From NCBI GenBank assembly GCA_964247055.1, contig OZ176057.1, positions 5,146,001-5,210,000 of the forward strand: a stretch of DNA of 64,000 nucleotides, given 5' to 3'. The notes under the pieces were generated by a model. The model had not been told where the DNA came from, ran no database searches, and saw only the letters and a list, made by a program, of their open reading frames with translations. Of this stretch, positions 63,418-64,000 are shown piece by piece. The translations under genes were made by a program, and so were the position numbers. The stretch comes from Paragordius varius. Its lineage: Eukaryota; Animalia; Nematomorpha. Positions within the stretch are counted from its first letter, which is position 1, and every line of letters starts with the position of its first letter.

Positions 63418-64000
63418 CTATAATTAATATGAATTAAAATTTTATGACATTGGTGAACACATATCACTGTACGACATTTTTGGAATTATTTGGCATTTTT
63501 GAGAAATTATTCAAATTATTATTTATTTATTCGAACAAGCGAATATCATATTAATTATTTTAGCGAGAAAGCCATACTATATTAAAATATATACTATAAT
63601 GTTCTTTACAGAAATATTGCTTGGTTTAATCTCACGGATTAAACAAAATAATTAGATATTCCGTTTAAATGCCGATGTCCGAATTTCAATTCGATACATT
63701 AAGGGGAATAAAATTTGAATTTTATTTGGTTAAAGACACATTTTCTGCACACATTTACCCTAAAAATCTCTGCAGCCGTCTATATAATAGTCAAAATTCA
63801 AATCAAATTTTATAATTTCTAATCTAGAAAATATGATAAAATAAGTGATGAATTTCAATATGATGTTTATAAATAATTATTAAGAGATGAATTATGTTTT
63901 AGGAGGCAGCTATTTTACAGAGAGCACGAAACACCAAAATATTTATAAATTTACATAGGCTAGAACTTATCAAAATATTAATGATATTACATATTATTTG

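Noticed and set aside
1-64000. CRISPR array, rRNA or tRNA genes
   Set aside because: No regularly spaced repeat-spacer units or RNA-gene signatures seen; repeats are MITEs, (AT)n microsatellites and segmental duplications.

Overview
Very AT-rich, intron-containing animal (invertebrate-type) genomic DNA; no rRNA, tRNA or CRISPR recognised. I rebuilt four spliced gene models by hand from GT-AG sites and intron phases. (1) A 12-exon protein disulfide-isomerase (P4HB-like, minus strand, 5568-30297, 546 aa, two WCGHC sites, C-terminal HSEL) whose first intron is about 17.2 kb. (2) Nested antisense in that intron, a 10-exon gene (19479-29969, +) for a ~2660-aa secreted precursor: signal peptide, a C-type-lectin fold interrupted by a ~183-aa insert, four RxKR furin-type sites, polybasic and polyacidic blocks, and a C-terminal CBM14-like chitin-binding module. 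(3) YBEY (minus, 38271-38953) with an apparent 26-nt intron and a degenerate partial copy just upstream. (4) A minus-strand secreted/surface protein gene (~49.9-61.2 kb) built from frame-preserving micro-exons and FN3-like exons, whose 5' cassette is tandemly duplicated. The rest is transposon-derived: a 3.56-kb Tc1/IS630-like element with ~1.4-kb inverted arms, two PIF/Harbinger copies, Gypsy integrase and RTE-LINE remnants, and many MITEs. All models lack transcript support.
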